Shown here: positions 48,608 through 57,507 of the stretch, one piece after another | How positions within the stretch are numbered: position 1 is the first letter of the stretch | Layout: every line of letters starts with the position of its first letter | Assembly (NCBI GenBank): GCA_937925715.1 | Contig: CALAMG010000039.1 | Span: 8,992-72,991 of the forward strand | Direction: 5' to 3' | Length of the DNA stretch: 64,000 nucleotides | Source of the DNA: an uncultured Collinsella sp. | GTDB taxonomy: Bacteria > Actinomycetota > Coriobacteriia > Coriobacteriales > Coriobacteriaceae | Notes under the pieces: model-generated | Told to the model about the DNA's origin: nothing | The model's input: only the letters and a program-made list of their open reading frames with translations | Database searches by the model: none | Made by a program: the position numbers and the translations under genes

Positions 48608-50389
48608 TTAGAGGCGAGCGAGGTCGTAGGATTGGGCGGCTGCTTCGCCGGCACAGATGAGGTTGGTTGTGGCTTCTTGCGGATCGAGTGCCTGCTCCAG
48701 GTCCATGGGCTTGCGACAGGTCGGCAGAACCAAGTCAATACCCTGCTCATACACCGCATCTAGGTTGTCGGCACGACCGCCCACGACGGCGGCTACCGGC
48801 TTGCCATAGCGCTTAGCACGGCGCGCCACGCCCACCGGTGCCTTTCCAGCGGCGGATTGCTCGTCCATATTGCCCTCGCCTGTAATGACCAGGTCGGCAT
48901 CGCGCACGCGCTCGTCAAATCCCACGAGGTCGAGCACCGTCTCCACGCCTGAGCGCAACTCGGCGCCGAGCGCCAACAGCGCTGCTCCCAGACCACCGGC
49001 AGCACCAGCGCCAGGCACGCCAAGCACCGAGCCAAATGTCCGTGCACCCTCGGGCACACGCAGCAACCCCTGAGCCCGCGCCCTAGCAATCGCCGCATCG
49101 AGCAGGCGTCCATAGCCGACCATCCATCCGTCGTACTTGCCTAGGGCCTCGGCATCCCCCGTCGGCAGGCCCTTCTGTCCACCGAACACTGCCAACGCGC
49201 CGCGACGCCCTACGAGCGGATTATCGACATCCGAAAGCACAACAATACGAGTGCCATCCAAAGCCCGAAGCGCTGGCGCCAAATCAACGCTCGCCGCCCG
49301 CTCAAGGCCGGCAAGACCGGGGGCGACATCGCAGCCCTGATCATCGACCACACGCGCGCTCAGCGCCTGCAGCATGCCGGCGCCACCGTCGTTGGTGGCA
49401 CTGCCGCCCAAGCCAATATAGATAGTCTTTGCCCCGGCACGAACCGCGCGAAGTATGAGCTCGCCCACGCCATAGGTTGTAGCAGCCAGCGCCGACGACT
49501 CCGTGCGAGGCGAGTACCCAATGCCGGCCGCCTCGGCCATCTCGATGACCGCGGACTCGCGCTCGACATCAACCAGCATCCGGGCAGACGCGCGCTTGCC
49601 CAAGGGGCCTGCCACCTCGCAGGTCACAATCTCACCGCCGCACGCGGCAACGGCATCGAGCGTTCCCTCGCCACCATCTGCCAGCGGCAAAGCGTTCAGC
49701 TCGGCATCGGGCCACACGTGGCGCACGCCTTCGGCAACCGCCGCCTCCGCCTGCGCACTCGACACGCTACCCTTAAAGGAATCAATCGCTAACAGCACAC
49801 GGCGGGGCCGGCGCTGCACGGGGCCAAAATCAACCGCCGCGCCAGCATCCTCTTCGGCACCCGCGAGCGCCGCGGCGTGAGCGGCATGCGCCTCAAGATC
49901 GGCCCCACAACCGCAATCAGAGCCGCCCGTTCCGCGTAGACCGCCAAAATAGCTACTCAGCAGCTCGCGGCATTCATCCGCCAGGACCCCAGCCGTCACG
50001 TTAAACCGATGATTCAGGCGCGAGTCGGCATTCAAATCGTATAGGGATCCCAACGCGCCCGCCTTGGCGTCGCTCGCGCCATACACGCAGCGCCCCACGC
50101 GCGCGTTAACCATAAGGCCTGCGCACATGCAGCAGGGTTCCAACGTCACATAGACCGTACAGTCGGAAAGGCGCCAGCGACCGAGCGACCGAGCGGCAGC
50201 GCACAGGGCCGCGAACTCTGCATGAGCCGAAGGATCCTGGTCGAGCTCGCGACGATTATGCGCCCGCGCGACAATCTCGCCGTCGCGCACCACTACGGCT
50301 CCGATGGGCACCTCGCCCACCGCAGCAGCGGCGCGCGCCTCGGCCAGCGCCTCGCGCATGAACTTCTCGTCGATTTCGGTGATCGTCAT
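48608..50389 (-). CDS. tadA: tRNA adenosine(34) deaminase TadA fused to glycerate kinase
   Basis: N-terminal GEVPIGAV, HAE, TLEPCCMC; C-terminal DSFKGS, LADGGEGT, GGSATNDGG, GAAGG, TGEG; one uninterrupted frame. Confidence 0.88.
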   Translation of the reverse strand: MTITEIDEKFMREALAEARAAAAVGEVPIGAVVVRDGEIVARAHNRRELDQDPSAHAEFAALCAAARSLGRWRLSDCTVYVTLEPCCMCAGLMVNARVGRCVYGASDAKAGALGSLYDLNADSRLNHRFNVTAGVLADECRELLSSYFGGLRGTGGSDCGCGADLEAHAAHAAALAGAEEDAGAAVDFGPVQRRPRRVLLAIDSFKGSVSSAQAEAAVAEGVRHVWPDAELNALPLADGGEGTLDAVAACGGEIVTCEVAGPLGKRASARMLVDVERESAVIEMAEAAGIGYSPRTESSALAATTYGVGELILRAVRAGAKTIYIGLGGSATNDGGAGMLQALSARVVDDQGCDVAPGLAGLERAASVDLAPALRALDGTRIVVLSDVDNPLVGRRGALAVFGGQKGLPTGDAEALGKYDGWMVGYGRLLDAAIARARAQGLLRVPEGARTFGSVLGVPGAGAAGGLGAALLALGAELRSGVETVLDLVGFDERVRDADLVITGEGNMDEQSAAGKAPVGVARRAKRYGKPVAAVVGGRADNLDAVYEQGIDLVLPTCRKPMDLEQALDPQEATTNLICAGEAAAQSYDLARL

Positions 50390-50440
50390 CGTTCGCCTTC
50401 CCTGTTGCAAATTCAAAACGATGCTATCATTACGACTCAC

Positions 50441-50530
50441 GGAGAGATGGCAGAGCGGTTGAATGCGGCGGTCTTGAAAACCGTTGAGCGCGAGAGCGTT
50501 CCGGGGGTTCGAATCCCCCTCTCTCCGCCA
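50441..50530 (+). tRNA. tRNA-Ser (anticodon TGA)
   Basis: GGAGAGA acceptor stem, CT-TGA-AA anticodon loop, long variable arm, GGTTCGAATCC, 3' GCCA. Confidence 0.97.
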
Positions 50531-50532
50531 CT

Positions 50533-51129
50533 TTAGTGATCCACCGGTGTCATGGTCCGCTCAAACAGTGCATCGACCACGTCGGCTATCTCAGGTCGAC
50601 GCTCAAGATCGTGGCCCGATTCCCACCATATCGTGAAAAGTCGAATAATACCGCCGGCGACAAACTCAGACGTCGTCTCAAGTGACACGGGGGCCAGGGC
50701 ATCCTCGGCAAGCACGTTCATCACACGCTCGCGGATGGAGCGGGCAATGCGGTCGCAAATAACGTTGGTCAACATGCCCGACATGCTGCTTGCCAAAATG
50801 TTATCCATGAGCTGCTCGTGCGCCAGAATCAAATCCATGGCATCGTCCAAAATCGCGTGCCGAAGCGCGCGCACGTCCTCGGCAGACACTGCGCCGGCCT
50901 CATCGGGCTGTTTTTGCGGCAAGCCCGACATAAGCTCATCGATATAAAAGGCAAAGTAATCGTTCTTGTCGCGAAAGTGCTTGTAGAACGTCGTACGGCG
51001 AATCATGGCGCGGTCGCACAGCATGGCAACCGTCAGGTCCTCAAAACGATGCTCCTCGAGAAGCTCGGTGAAAGCATCGAACAGGGCGCGGTAGGTTTTC
51101 TTAATGCGAAGGTCCACTGGTATCGCCAT
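50533..51129 (-). CDS. TetR/AcrR-family regulator
   Basis: DLRIKKT, LTVAMLCDRAMIRRTTFYKHF. Confidence 0.9.
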   Translation of the reverse strand: MAIPVDLRIKKTYRALFDAFTELLEEHRFEDLTVAMLCDRAMIRRTTFYKHFRDKNDYFAFYIDELMSGLPQKQPDEAGAVSAEDVRALRHAILDDAMDLILAHEQLMDNILASSMSGMLTNVICDRIARSIRERVMNVLAEDALAPVSLETTSEFVAGGIIRLFTIWWESGHDLERRPEIADVVDALFERTMTPVDH

Positions 51130-51328
51130 CCTCAGGGCAAAGACAACACTCGTCAATCTGTCGCATATCTTACACCTGTACCTCGCACGCTTTGCCCCGG
51201 TGCCAACCCCGCCGAAAACACAACGCTTACCGGAAAGTTCGGCACGGCAAAACGTTGCGGGTATACTAGTAGCGTTATACCAACGGCAGCTGGCGCATGC
51301 CGCCGCGGCCATTCGAAACGGAGACATC

Positions 51329-51880
51329 ATGATTACCGTCATCATCGGCATCGTTGTTGTCATTGTGATTGTCTGCGCCATCGCCGGCATCTACAACAAC
51401 ATGGTCACCAAGCGTAACCGCATCGATAACGCCTGGCAGAACATCGATACGCAGCTGCAGCGCCGCAACGACCTGATCCCCAACCTGGTCGAGACCGTCA
51501 AGGGCTACGCCAAGCACGAGCAGGAGACGCTCTCCGCCGTGATCAGCGCGCGTAACACCGCCGTCAAGGCCACCACGCCCGAGGCCAAGATGGAAGCCGA
51601 CAACGTGCTGACCGGTGCGCTGCGTCAGCTCTTCGCCGTAGCCGAAGCCTACCCCGATCTTAAGGCAAACACCAACTTTACGCAGCTGCAGGCATCGCTC
51701 GAGGATACCGAGAACAAGATTAGCTATGCACGCCAGAGCTACAACGACTGCGTGCTCAGCTACAATAACGCCATTCAGACGTTCCCGGCTGTCATCTTTG
51801 CCGGCATCTTCCAGTTTAAGGAGCGCCAGGGCTTCGAGGCCGCCGAAGCAGCCCGCCAGGCCCCGACCGTCAAGTTCTAG
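51329..51880 (+). CDS. lemA: LemA-family protein
   Basis: N-terminal TM, LQRRNDLIPNLVETVKGYAKHE, EAYPDLKA. Confidence 0.93.
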   Translation: MITVIIGIVVVIVIVCAIAGIYNNMVTKRNRIDNAWQNIDTQLQRRNDLIPNLVETVKGYAKHEQETLSAVISARNTAVKATTPEAKMEADNVLTGALRQLFAVAEAYPDLKANTNFTQLQASLEDTENKISYARQSYNDCVLSYNNAIQTFPAVIFAGIFQFKERQGFEAAEAARQAPTVKF

Positions 51881-51917
51881 TAGTTTGGCAGCGCATCCTT
51901 AATCGGCCAAATGCATA

Positions 51918-51962
51918 AACCGCCCCGTCGAATGCATACTTCGACGGGGCGGTTTCCTTTTT
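51918..51962 (+). terminator. Rho-independent terminator
   Basis: AAACCGCCCCGTCGAA ... TTCGACGGGGCGGTTT followed by a T-rich tail. Confidence 0.8.
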
Positions 51963-52299
51963 CGCGAAGGTCCCCCTCTAAGCGCCGTGCATTTTTAGGA
52001 GTATTCAACATAGCCAAGAGCTTCGGGCGCCACGATAAATGCCAAAGACCGCGAATGTCCCTGCAAATCAAACGCTGTCAGCCCATAACCCCGCCCATCA
52101 TCCGTAGAAAACATCGAGAAATCCCGATTTTTTGCCCGAGGTCGGTATGCAGGGGCCTTCGATTGCAGAATACTCGCAAAAATGCACGTCGCCACCACCC
52201 CCACATGGCGCGAAGCAAAACACAAGCGCGGCCTAAAAGGCCGCGCACCATCTTTAATTCAAATCTATATTGCCTGTACGACAGCGCCAGGGTGACGCA

Positions 52300-52424
52300 G
52301 GCCCGAGGGCGACCTTCCTTTCCGGCGCACTCCGCAGGACGAAAGAGCCTCCGCCGCACGAAGTGCGCAGCGGAGGCTCTTTCATGTCCGAGGACGCGCC
52401 GGAAAGGAAGGTCGCCCTCGGGCC
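52300..52424. repeat. 125-bp nested hairpin element
   Basis: Perfect 29-bp outer stem, internal TCCGCAGG / CCGAGGA, inner stem AAAGAGCCTCCGC...GCGGAGGCTCTTT with GCAC-GAA-GTGC apex. Confidence 0.8.
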
Positions 52425-52444
52425 GGACATATCCGTAAGACAAA

Positions 52445-53497
52445 TTACGCGACGGTGTAAACCCAGTTGTGCTTATCCTCGACAGCACCGGACTGGATGC
52501 CAGTCAGGGTCTCGCGAAGCTTCTTCATCACAGGGCCGATCTCGGTGTAGCCAGCCGGGAAGGTCACGGTCTCGTCGGCGCCGTAAACCTTGTTGTCAAT
52601 CTCGCCAACCGGAGAGATGACGGCAGCGGTGCCGCACAGGCCGCACTCCACAAAGGTACCGGCCTTGACCTCGGCCCACTCGACGGGACGCTGGTCAACG
52701 GTCATGCCCAGGTCCTGAGCAACCTGAACGAGCGAACGACGGGTGATAGAGGGCAGGATGGAGTCGGTGTGCGACTGCGGAACGACGAGCGTGCCATCCT
52801 CTTTCACGAACAGGACATTGGCGCCACCGGTCTCCTCGACATAGGTGCGGGACTCGGAGTCGAGATACAGGTTCTCGGCATAGCCCTCGCGATGGGCCTC
52901 CATCGTGGGCTTAAGGGACATGGCGTAGTTCAGGCCGGCCTTGATGTTGCCGGTGCCGTGCGGTGCGGCACGGTCATACTCGGAAACGCGCAGCTTGACG
53001 GGCTTGAGGCCACCCTTAAAGTACGGACCGACCGGGGTCACGAGGATGCGGAACGTGTACTCAGGAGCGGGAGCCACGCCGATCACGTCACCGGAACCGA
53101 TCATAAACGGACGCACGTACAGGGTCGCGCCGGAGCCGAAGGGCGGAACCCAGGCGGCGTTGGCAGAGACGACCTGCTTGACGGCCTCAACGAACTTGTC
53201 CTTGGGGAACGGTGGCATCTCGAGACGCTGGGCAGAGTTGTACATACGCTCGGCGTTCATGTCGGGACGGAAGCAGACGATGCTGCCGTCCTCGGCGGTG
53301 TAGGCCTTCAGGCCCTCAAAGACCTCCTGACAGTAATGGAAGATGCCGCCGCACTCGGAGACATGCAGGGTGTGGTCGGTGGTCAGGCCGCCCTCGTCCC
53401 ACTCGCCATCCTTCCAATGAGCCTCGTAGCTGTAATCGGTCTTCATGTAGCCAAAGCCGAGGCTACCCCAATCGATATCCTTCTTCTCGACAGTCAT
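52445..53497 (-). CDS. ilvE: Branched-chain amino acid aminotransferase
   Basis: FEGLKAY, LYVRPF, KAGLNYA, EETGGAN, ILPSITR, GTAAVISP; ATG 53497 with AAGGAG RBS. Confidence 0.96.
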   Translation of the reverse strand: MTVEKKDIDWGSLGFGYMKTDYSYEAHWKDGEWDEGGLTTDHTLHVSECGGIFHYCQEVFEGLKAYTAEDGSIVCFRPDMNAERMYNSAQRLEMPPFPKDKFVEAVKQVVSANAAWVPPFGSGATLYVRPFMIGSGDVIGVAPAPEYTFRILVTPVGPYFKGGLKPVKLRVSEYDRAAPHGTGNIKAGLNYAMSLKPTMEAHREGYAENLYLDSESRTYVEETGGANVLFVKEDGTLVVPQSHTDSILPSITRRSLVQVAQDLGMTVDQRPVEWAEVKAGTFVECGLCGTAAVISPVGEIDNKVYGADETVTFPAGYTEIGPVMKKLRETLTGIQSGAVEDKHNWVYTVA

Positions 53498-53656
53498 ATG
53501 TCGCTCCTTACATACACAGTTGCATACTCGCGAACCCGCACGCAAGGACCGAGGCCGACCGCGTCGCAACGTCGCACGCCCGGAGCGTAGAGCCGGACGG
53601 GACACGCGAGCAGCATCAAAGCCGATGGCACGTCGATTCGCATGCACGAGATTGTA
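53494..53656 (-). promoter_or_regulatory. Candidate ilvE leader: -10 box, leaderless 49-codon uORF and SD-sequestering helix
   Basis: TACAAT at 53651-53656; uORF from ATG 53643 to TGA overlapping the ilvE ATG (ATGA); UCCUUGCGUGC can pair with GUAUGUAAGGA. Confidence 0.45.
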
Positions 53657-53785
53657 CTCCGCACGCGCGTCGGATAAAACGTTTTTCTTTAACTAACTAA
53701 AGTATTTTCATTTGACCGAAGCAAAGAGGCCCGCCACCACAAGCGGTGACGGGCCTCAACTGCACGGTTTGCGCGCTGACTCGAG

Positions 53786-54433
53786 CTACGCGTTCTTTTT
53801 GCCAAGCTTAGCCTTAACCAGACCGACCACGGTCGGGATGATCGACACGGCAACGATGCCGACGATTAGCAGCTCAAAGTGCTCCTGCACAAAGGGGATG
53901 CCGCCAAAGAAGTAGCCCAGCAGTGTAAAGAGCGTCGACCAGGTAATGCCGCCCAGCACGTTAAAGATGACAAAATTGCGCCAGTGCATGCCGCCCATGC
54001 CGGCGATAAAGGGCACAAAGGTGCGGATAAACGGGAAGAAGCGACCCAGGAAGATGGCCAGGTGACCCCACTTGTCCAAGAAATCCTCGGACTTTTTGAT
54101 GCGCTCGGGCGTCATAGCCTTGACCTTGCCCGAAGCGATAATCTTTTTGCCAAAGAAGTGACCGATCATAAAGTTGCACTGGTCGCCCAGGATGGCAGCC
54201 GCCCATGCGACGGCCAGCAGGGCCACGATGTTAAAGCCGCCATTGTGGGCAAAGAAGCCCGAAGCAAACAGCAGTGAATCGCCGGGGAGGAACGGGAAGA
54301 ACACCACGCCCGTCTCGATAAAGATGATCAGGAACACGCAGCCGTAGGCCATAAGCGGGCCGGCGGCGATCCAGCTGGCGATCGCGGTGCGCGGATCCCT
54401 AAGCAGCTCGGCGATAAAATTAATGAAACCCAT
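53786..54433 (-). CDS. DedA/VTT-domain membrane protein
   Basis: FIETG, FLPGDSLLF, GRFFPFIRTF. Confidence 0.92.
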   Translation of the reverse strand: MGFINFIAELLRDPRTAIASWIAAGPLMAYGCVFLIIFIETGVVFFPFLPGDSLLFASGFFAHNGGFNIVALLAVAWAAAILGDQCNFMIGHFFGKKIIASGKVKAMTPERIKKSEDFLDKWGHLAIFLGRFFPFIRTFVPFIAGMGGMHWRNFVIFNVLGGITWSTLFTLLGYFFGGIPFVQEHFELLIVGIVAVSIIPTVVGLVKAKLGKKNA

Positions 54434-54663
54434 GAAGTAAAACCTCTCAGTTGTGGGCGCGGATACGTCCAAGTTGACCAGTATACGGTTGCGGTGCCCC
54501 CTCGTGCGCAACCCCACAAAAGCATGACTCCATTACCAGCAAGTTTGCATAACTCATAACTAACACTTGTCGTGCAAAGCCGCCAAGATTGTTCTTCCTA
54601 ATCCCTAGCGAATCGCTATACTTTATTGAATCGCATTGCCATGGCGCTAAGGGAGGGCGGCCG

Positions 54664-55368
54664 GTGAGCTTTATCAATACCATTCGCGAGGACATCAAGA
54701 CCGTCCAAGCGCAGGACCCCGCCGCGCAAAACGGTCTGGTCATCTTCCTTTCCTATCCTGGCCTGCACGCCAAGTGGAACCACGTGCCCGAGCACTGGCT
54801 CTGGGAGCACGGTCATCGCTCGCTCGCCCGCGTGCTCTCGCAAATCACCCGTCACATCACCGGCGTCGAGATTCATCCCGCCGCACAGATCGGCAAACAT
54901 TTCTTTATCGACCACGCCATGGGCGTCGTCATCGGCGAGACCACCATTGTGGGTGACAACTGCGTGCTCTACCAGGGCGTCACGCTCGGCGGTACCGGCA
55001 ACGAGACCGGCAAGCGCCACCCCACCCTAGGCAACAACGTCACCGTGGGCACGGGCGCCAAGGTGCTCGGCAACATCCGCATCGGCAACAACGTCAAAAT
55101 CGGCGGCAACTCGGTTGTCGTCAAGGACGTGCCCGACAACTGCACCGTCGTGGGCGTGCCGGGACGCATCATCAAGCGCAACGGCTGCCGCGTGTTCGAG
55201 GAGAGTTTCGACGCCAAGCAGCATCGCGAGTACATGCCCGATGACGCCGCCGAGCAGAGTGCCCTCAACCGCCAAGGCATCACCGAGAACGCCCGCCGCG
55301 TCAAAGAACTCGAGCGAGAGGTGGCCGAGCTCAAAGCCCTCGTCGCAAAGCTCGTGGACGAACGCTAG
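54664..55368 (+). CDS. cysE: Serine O-acetyltransferase
   Basis: [36 protein letters not shown] 54664 with GGGAGG RBS. Confidence 0.93.
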   Translation: MSFINTIREDIKTVQAQDPAAQNGLVIFLSYPGLHAKWNHVPEHWLWEHGHRSLARVLSQITRHITGVEIHPAAQIGKHFFIDHAMGVVIGETTIVGDNCVLYQGVTLGGTGNETGKRHPTLGNNVTVGTGAKVLGNIRIGNNVKIGGNSVVVKDVPDNCTVVGVPGRIIKRNGCRVFEESFDAKQHREYMPDDAAEQSALNRQGITENARRVKELEREVAELKALVAKLVDER

Positions 55369-55451
55369 GAACGCAAGCGGTACAAAACGACATCGGCATC
55401 AACGCAAGAAGGCGCGCCAGGGAATTCATCCCCGGCGCGCCTTTCTTTTTG

Positions 55452-55483
55452 ATGTGACATGCGGAACTGTCCCTTTGTCACAT
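55452..55483. repeat. REP-like palindrome, family A (degenerate), after a terminator hairpin at about 55409-55443
   Basis: ATGTGACATGCGGAACTGTCCCTTTGTCACAT. Confidence 0.75.
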
Positions 55484-57507
55484 TAGGCGAACTGGCTCAA
55501 GTAGAGGTCGGCGTAGGCACCCTCGGCAGCCAGCAGCTCCTTATGCGTGCCCTGCTCGATAATGTTGCCGTGATCCATGACCAAGATCAGGTCGGCATCC
55601 ACAATCGTCGACAGGCGGTGTGCGATCACAAAGCTCGTGCGCCCGCGCATAAGCGCATCCATGGCACGGCCGATGGCAAGCTCGGTACGCGTGTCCACGC
55701 TTGAGGTCGCCTCGTCCAGGATGAGAATCGCCGGGTTGTTGAGCAGCACGCGCGCGATGGTCAGCAGCTGACGCTGGCCCTGGCTGATGCTTTCGGCATC
55801 GTTGGCCACGCGCGTGTCGTAGCCCTGCGGCATGGTGCGCACAAAGAAGTCGACCTGCGCGGCACGAGCCGCGGCCACAATTTCGTCGCGCGTTGCCTCG
55901 GGGCAGCCGTAGGCGATGTTTTCGGCAATCGTGCCATCGAACAGCCAGGCGTCCTGCAGCACCATGCCAAACTGCTGCCGTAGCTCGCCGCGATCCATGC
56001 GGCTCGTATCCACGCCGTCGAGCGTAATACGCCCGCCGTCAATCTCGTAGAAGCGCATGAGCAGGTTGATGAGCGTCGTCTTGCCTGCGCCCGTGGTTCC
56101 CACCACGGCAATCTTCTGGCCCGGCTCGGCGGTAAACGACACGTCGCGCATAAGCGGCTTGTCGGGCGAATAACCAAAGCGCACATGCTCAAAGGAGACG
56201 CGGCCCTCCACGCGACCCGGCAGCTCGGCGGCCTTGTCCGGCAGCGGATCGGCCTCCATCTCGGGCTCATCGAGCAGGTCGAACACGCGCTCTGCACTCG
56301 CCAGCGCGCTCTGCAGCGAGTTGAAGGTAAACGACAACTGCGTCATGGGCTCGGACGCCTCGTAGATAAACTGGAAGAACGCCTGGAACACGCCGACGGT
56401 CATGTGACCGGCAACCAGCATGCTGCAGCCCACAAGCGCGATCACGATCTGCGCCAAACGGCCGATAAAGCGCACCGCGGGGCCGACGGCATTGATCATG
56501 AAGTCGGCCTTGGTACTCACGCGCGCCAGCTCGCCCGAGGCCTCGTGCACCTCAGCGGAGCTCTGGCGCTCGCGGTTAAACGCGCGGATCACCAGACGGC
56601 CCGAGTAGCCCTCCTCGACCGCACTCGTAATCTTGGACACCCACTCCTGACGCTCGCCCGTCACATCATGCGTGCGACGCGAGACCACTTTGGTCACCAG
56701 CAGCGACAACGCCATAAAGAACAAAAAGACTAGCGTGAGCGGCACGCTAAACACGAACATCATGATGATGGCACCCGTCACGGTACCGATCGATACCAGC
56801 AGCTGCAGCAATCCGCGCTGCATACTCTCGGACATCTTGTCCAAGTCGTTGGTCGCGCGGCTGACCACTTCGCCGGGGCGATGTGCATCAAAGTAGGCAA
56901 GCGGCAGACGGTTGAGCTTTTGTGCGATGCGGTTGCGTAGGCGCAGATTGAGGCGTTCGGCCACGCTCGACATCAAAAAGCTCTGGAGCGCGTAGAACGA
57001 AGCGGCGGCCGTCCAAATCAAAAAGTAGATGAAGATAGTCCTGCCGCAGTTCTCCCAGGTGATGCTGAAGGTGGCGTTGTTGACAAACGCTACCTGAATG
57101 TGGCCCCACAGCTCATCGATCACGCGGGCGCTATATGCCGGCGCGGCAGTGTTAAAGATGACATAGAACACAATGCTCGCGAACACGATATAGAAGCGCC
57201 AGTGGTCGCCGGCAGCCTCACTCCACAGGCGGCGCACCGTCGCCCAGGTATCCCGAGGCGTCTCGTCCTCGTCTTCGTCGTCCACGTCGCGCATACGCTC
57301 TGCCTCGGCGCGAGCGCGCTCGTCCTCGGCGCGCTCGTTTTCCTCGTAGAGCGCTTGGCGGCGAGCCTCGCGCTCGGCTGCAGCCTTGGCGGCGTCATCC
57401 AGCTCGGTCGACATGGCAGCCCGCTCGACCGCTTCCTCGGCAGCGTCCGCAGCGGCGGCATCGACAAGGCCGCCCTGCTTCTTGAGCTCCTCGGTCATGC
57501 TACTCAC
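55483..57507 (-). CDS. ABC exporter, permease + ATPase (consensus subunit)
   Basis: GTTGAGKT, ISQGQRQ, ILDEATS, AHR. Confidence 0.93.
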   Translation of the reverse strand: MSSMTEELKKQGGLVDAAAADAAEEAVERAAMSTELDDAAKAAAEREARRQALYEENERAEDERARAEAERMRDVDDEDEDETPRDTWATVRRLWSEAAGDHWRFYIVFASIVFYVIFNTAAPAYSARVIDELWGHIQVAFVNNATFSITWENCGRTIFIYFLIWTAAASFYALQSFLMSSVAERLNLRLRNRIAQKLNRLPLAYFDAHRPGEVVSRATNDLDKMSESMQRGLLQLLVSIGTVTGAIIMMFVFSVPLTLVFLFFMALSLLVTKVVSRRTHDVTGERQEWVSKITSAVEEGYSGRLVIRAFNRERQSSAEVHEASGELARVSTKADFMINAVGPAVRFIGRLAQIVIALVGCSMLVAGHMTVGVFQAFFQFIYEASEPMTQLSFTFNSLQSALASAERVFDLLDEPEMEADPLPDKAAELPGRVEGRVSFEHVRFGYSPDKPLMRDVSFTAEPGQKIAVVGTTGAGKTTLINLLMRFYEIDGGRITLDGVDTSRMDRGELRQQFGMVLQDAWLFDGTIAENIAYGCPEATRDEIVAAARAAQVDFFVRTMPQGYDTRVANDAESISQGQRQLLTIARVLLNNPAILILDEATSSVDTRTELAIGRAMDALMRGRTSFVIAHRLSTIVDADLILVMDHGNIIEQGTHKELLAAEGAYADLYLSQFA

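Noticed and set aside
50441..50530. tRNA-Ser as the integration site of an island
   Set aside because: No integrase, and I saw no duplicated tRNA 3' end in the window
51960..52270. ORFs or a gene remnant between lemA and ilvE
   Set aside because: No recognisable motifs or RBS; no gene or repeat could be supported
54641..54667. 8-codon uORF (MALREGGR) overlapping the cysE start as a Cys attenuator
   Set aside because: It contains no Cys codons; probably chance
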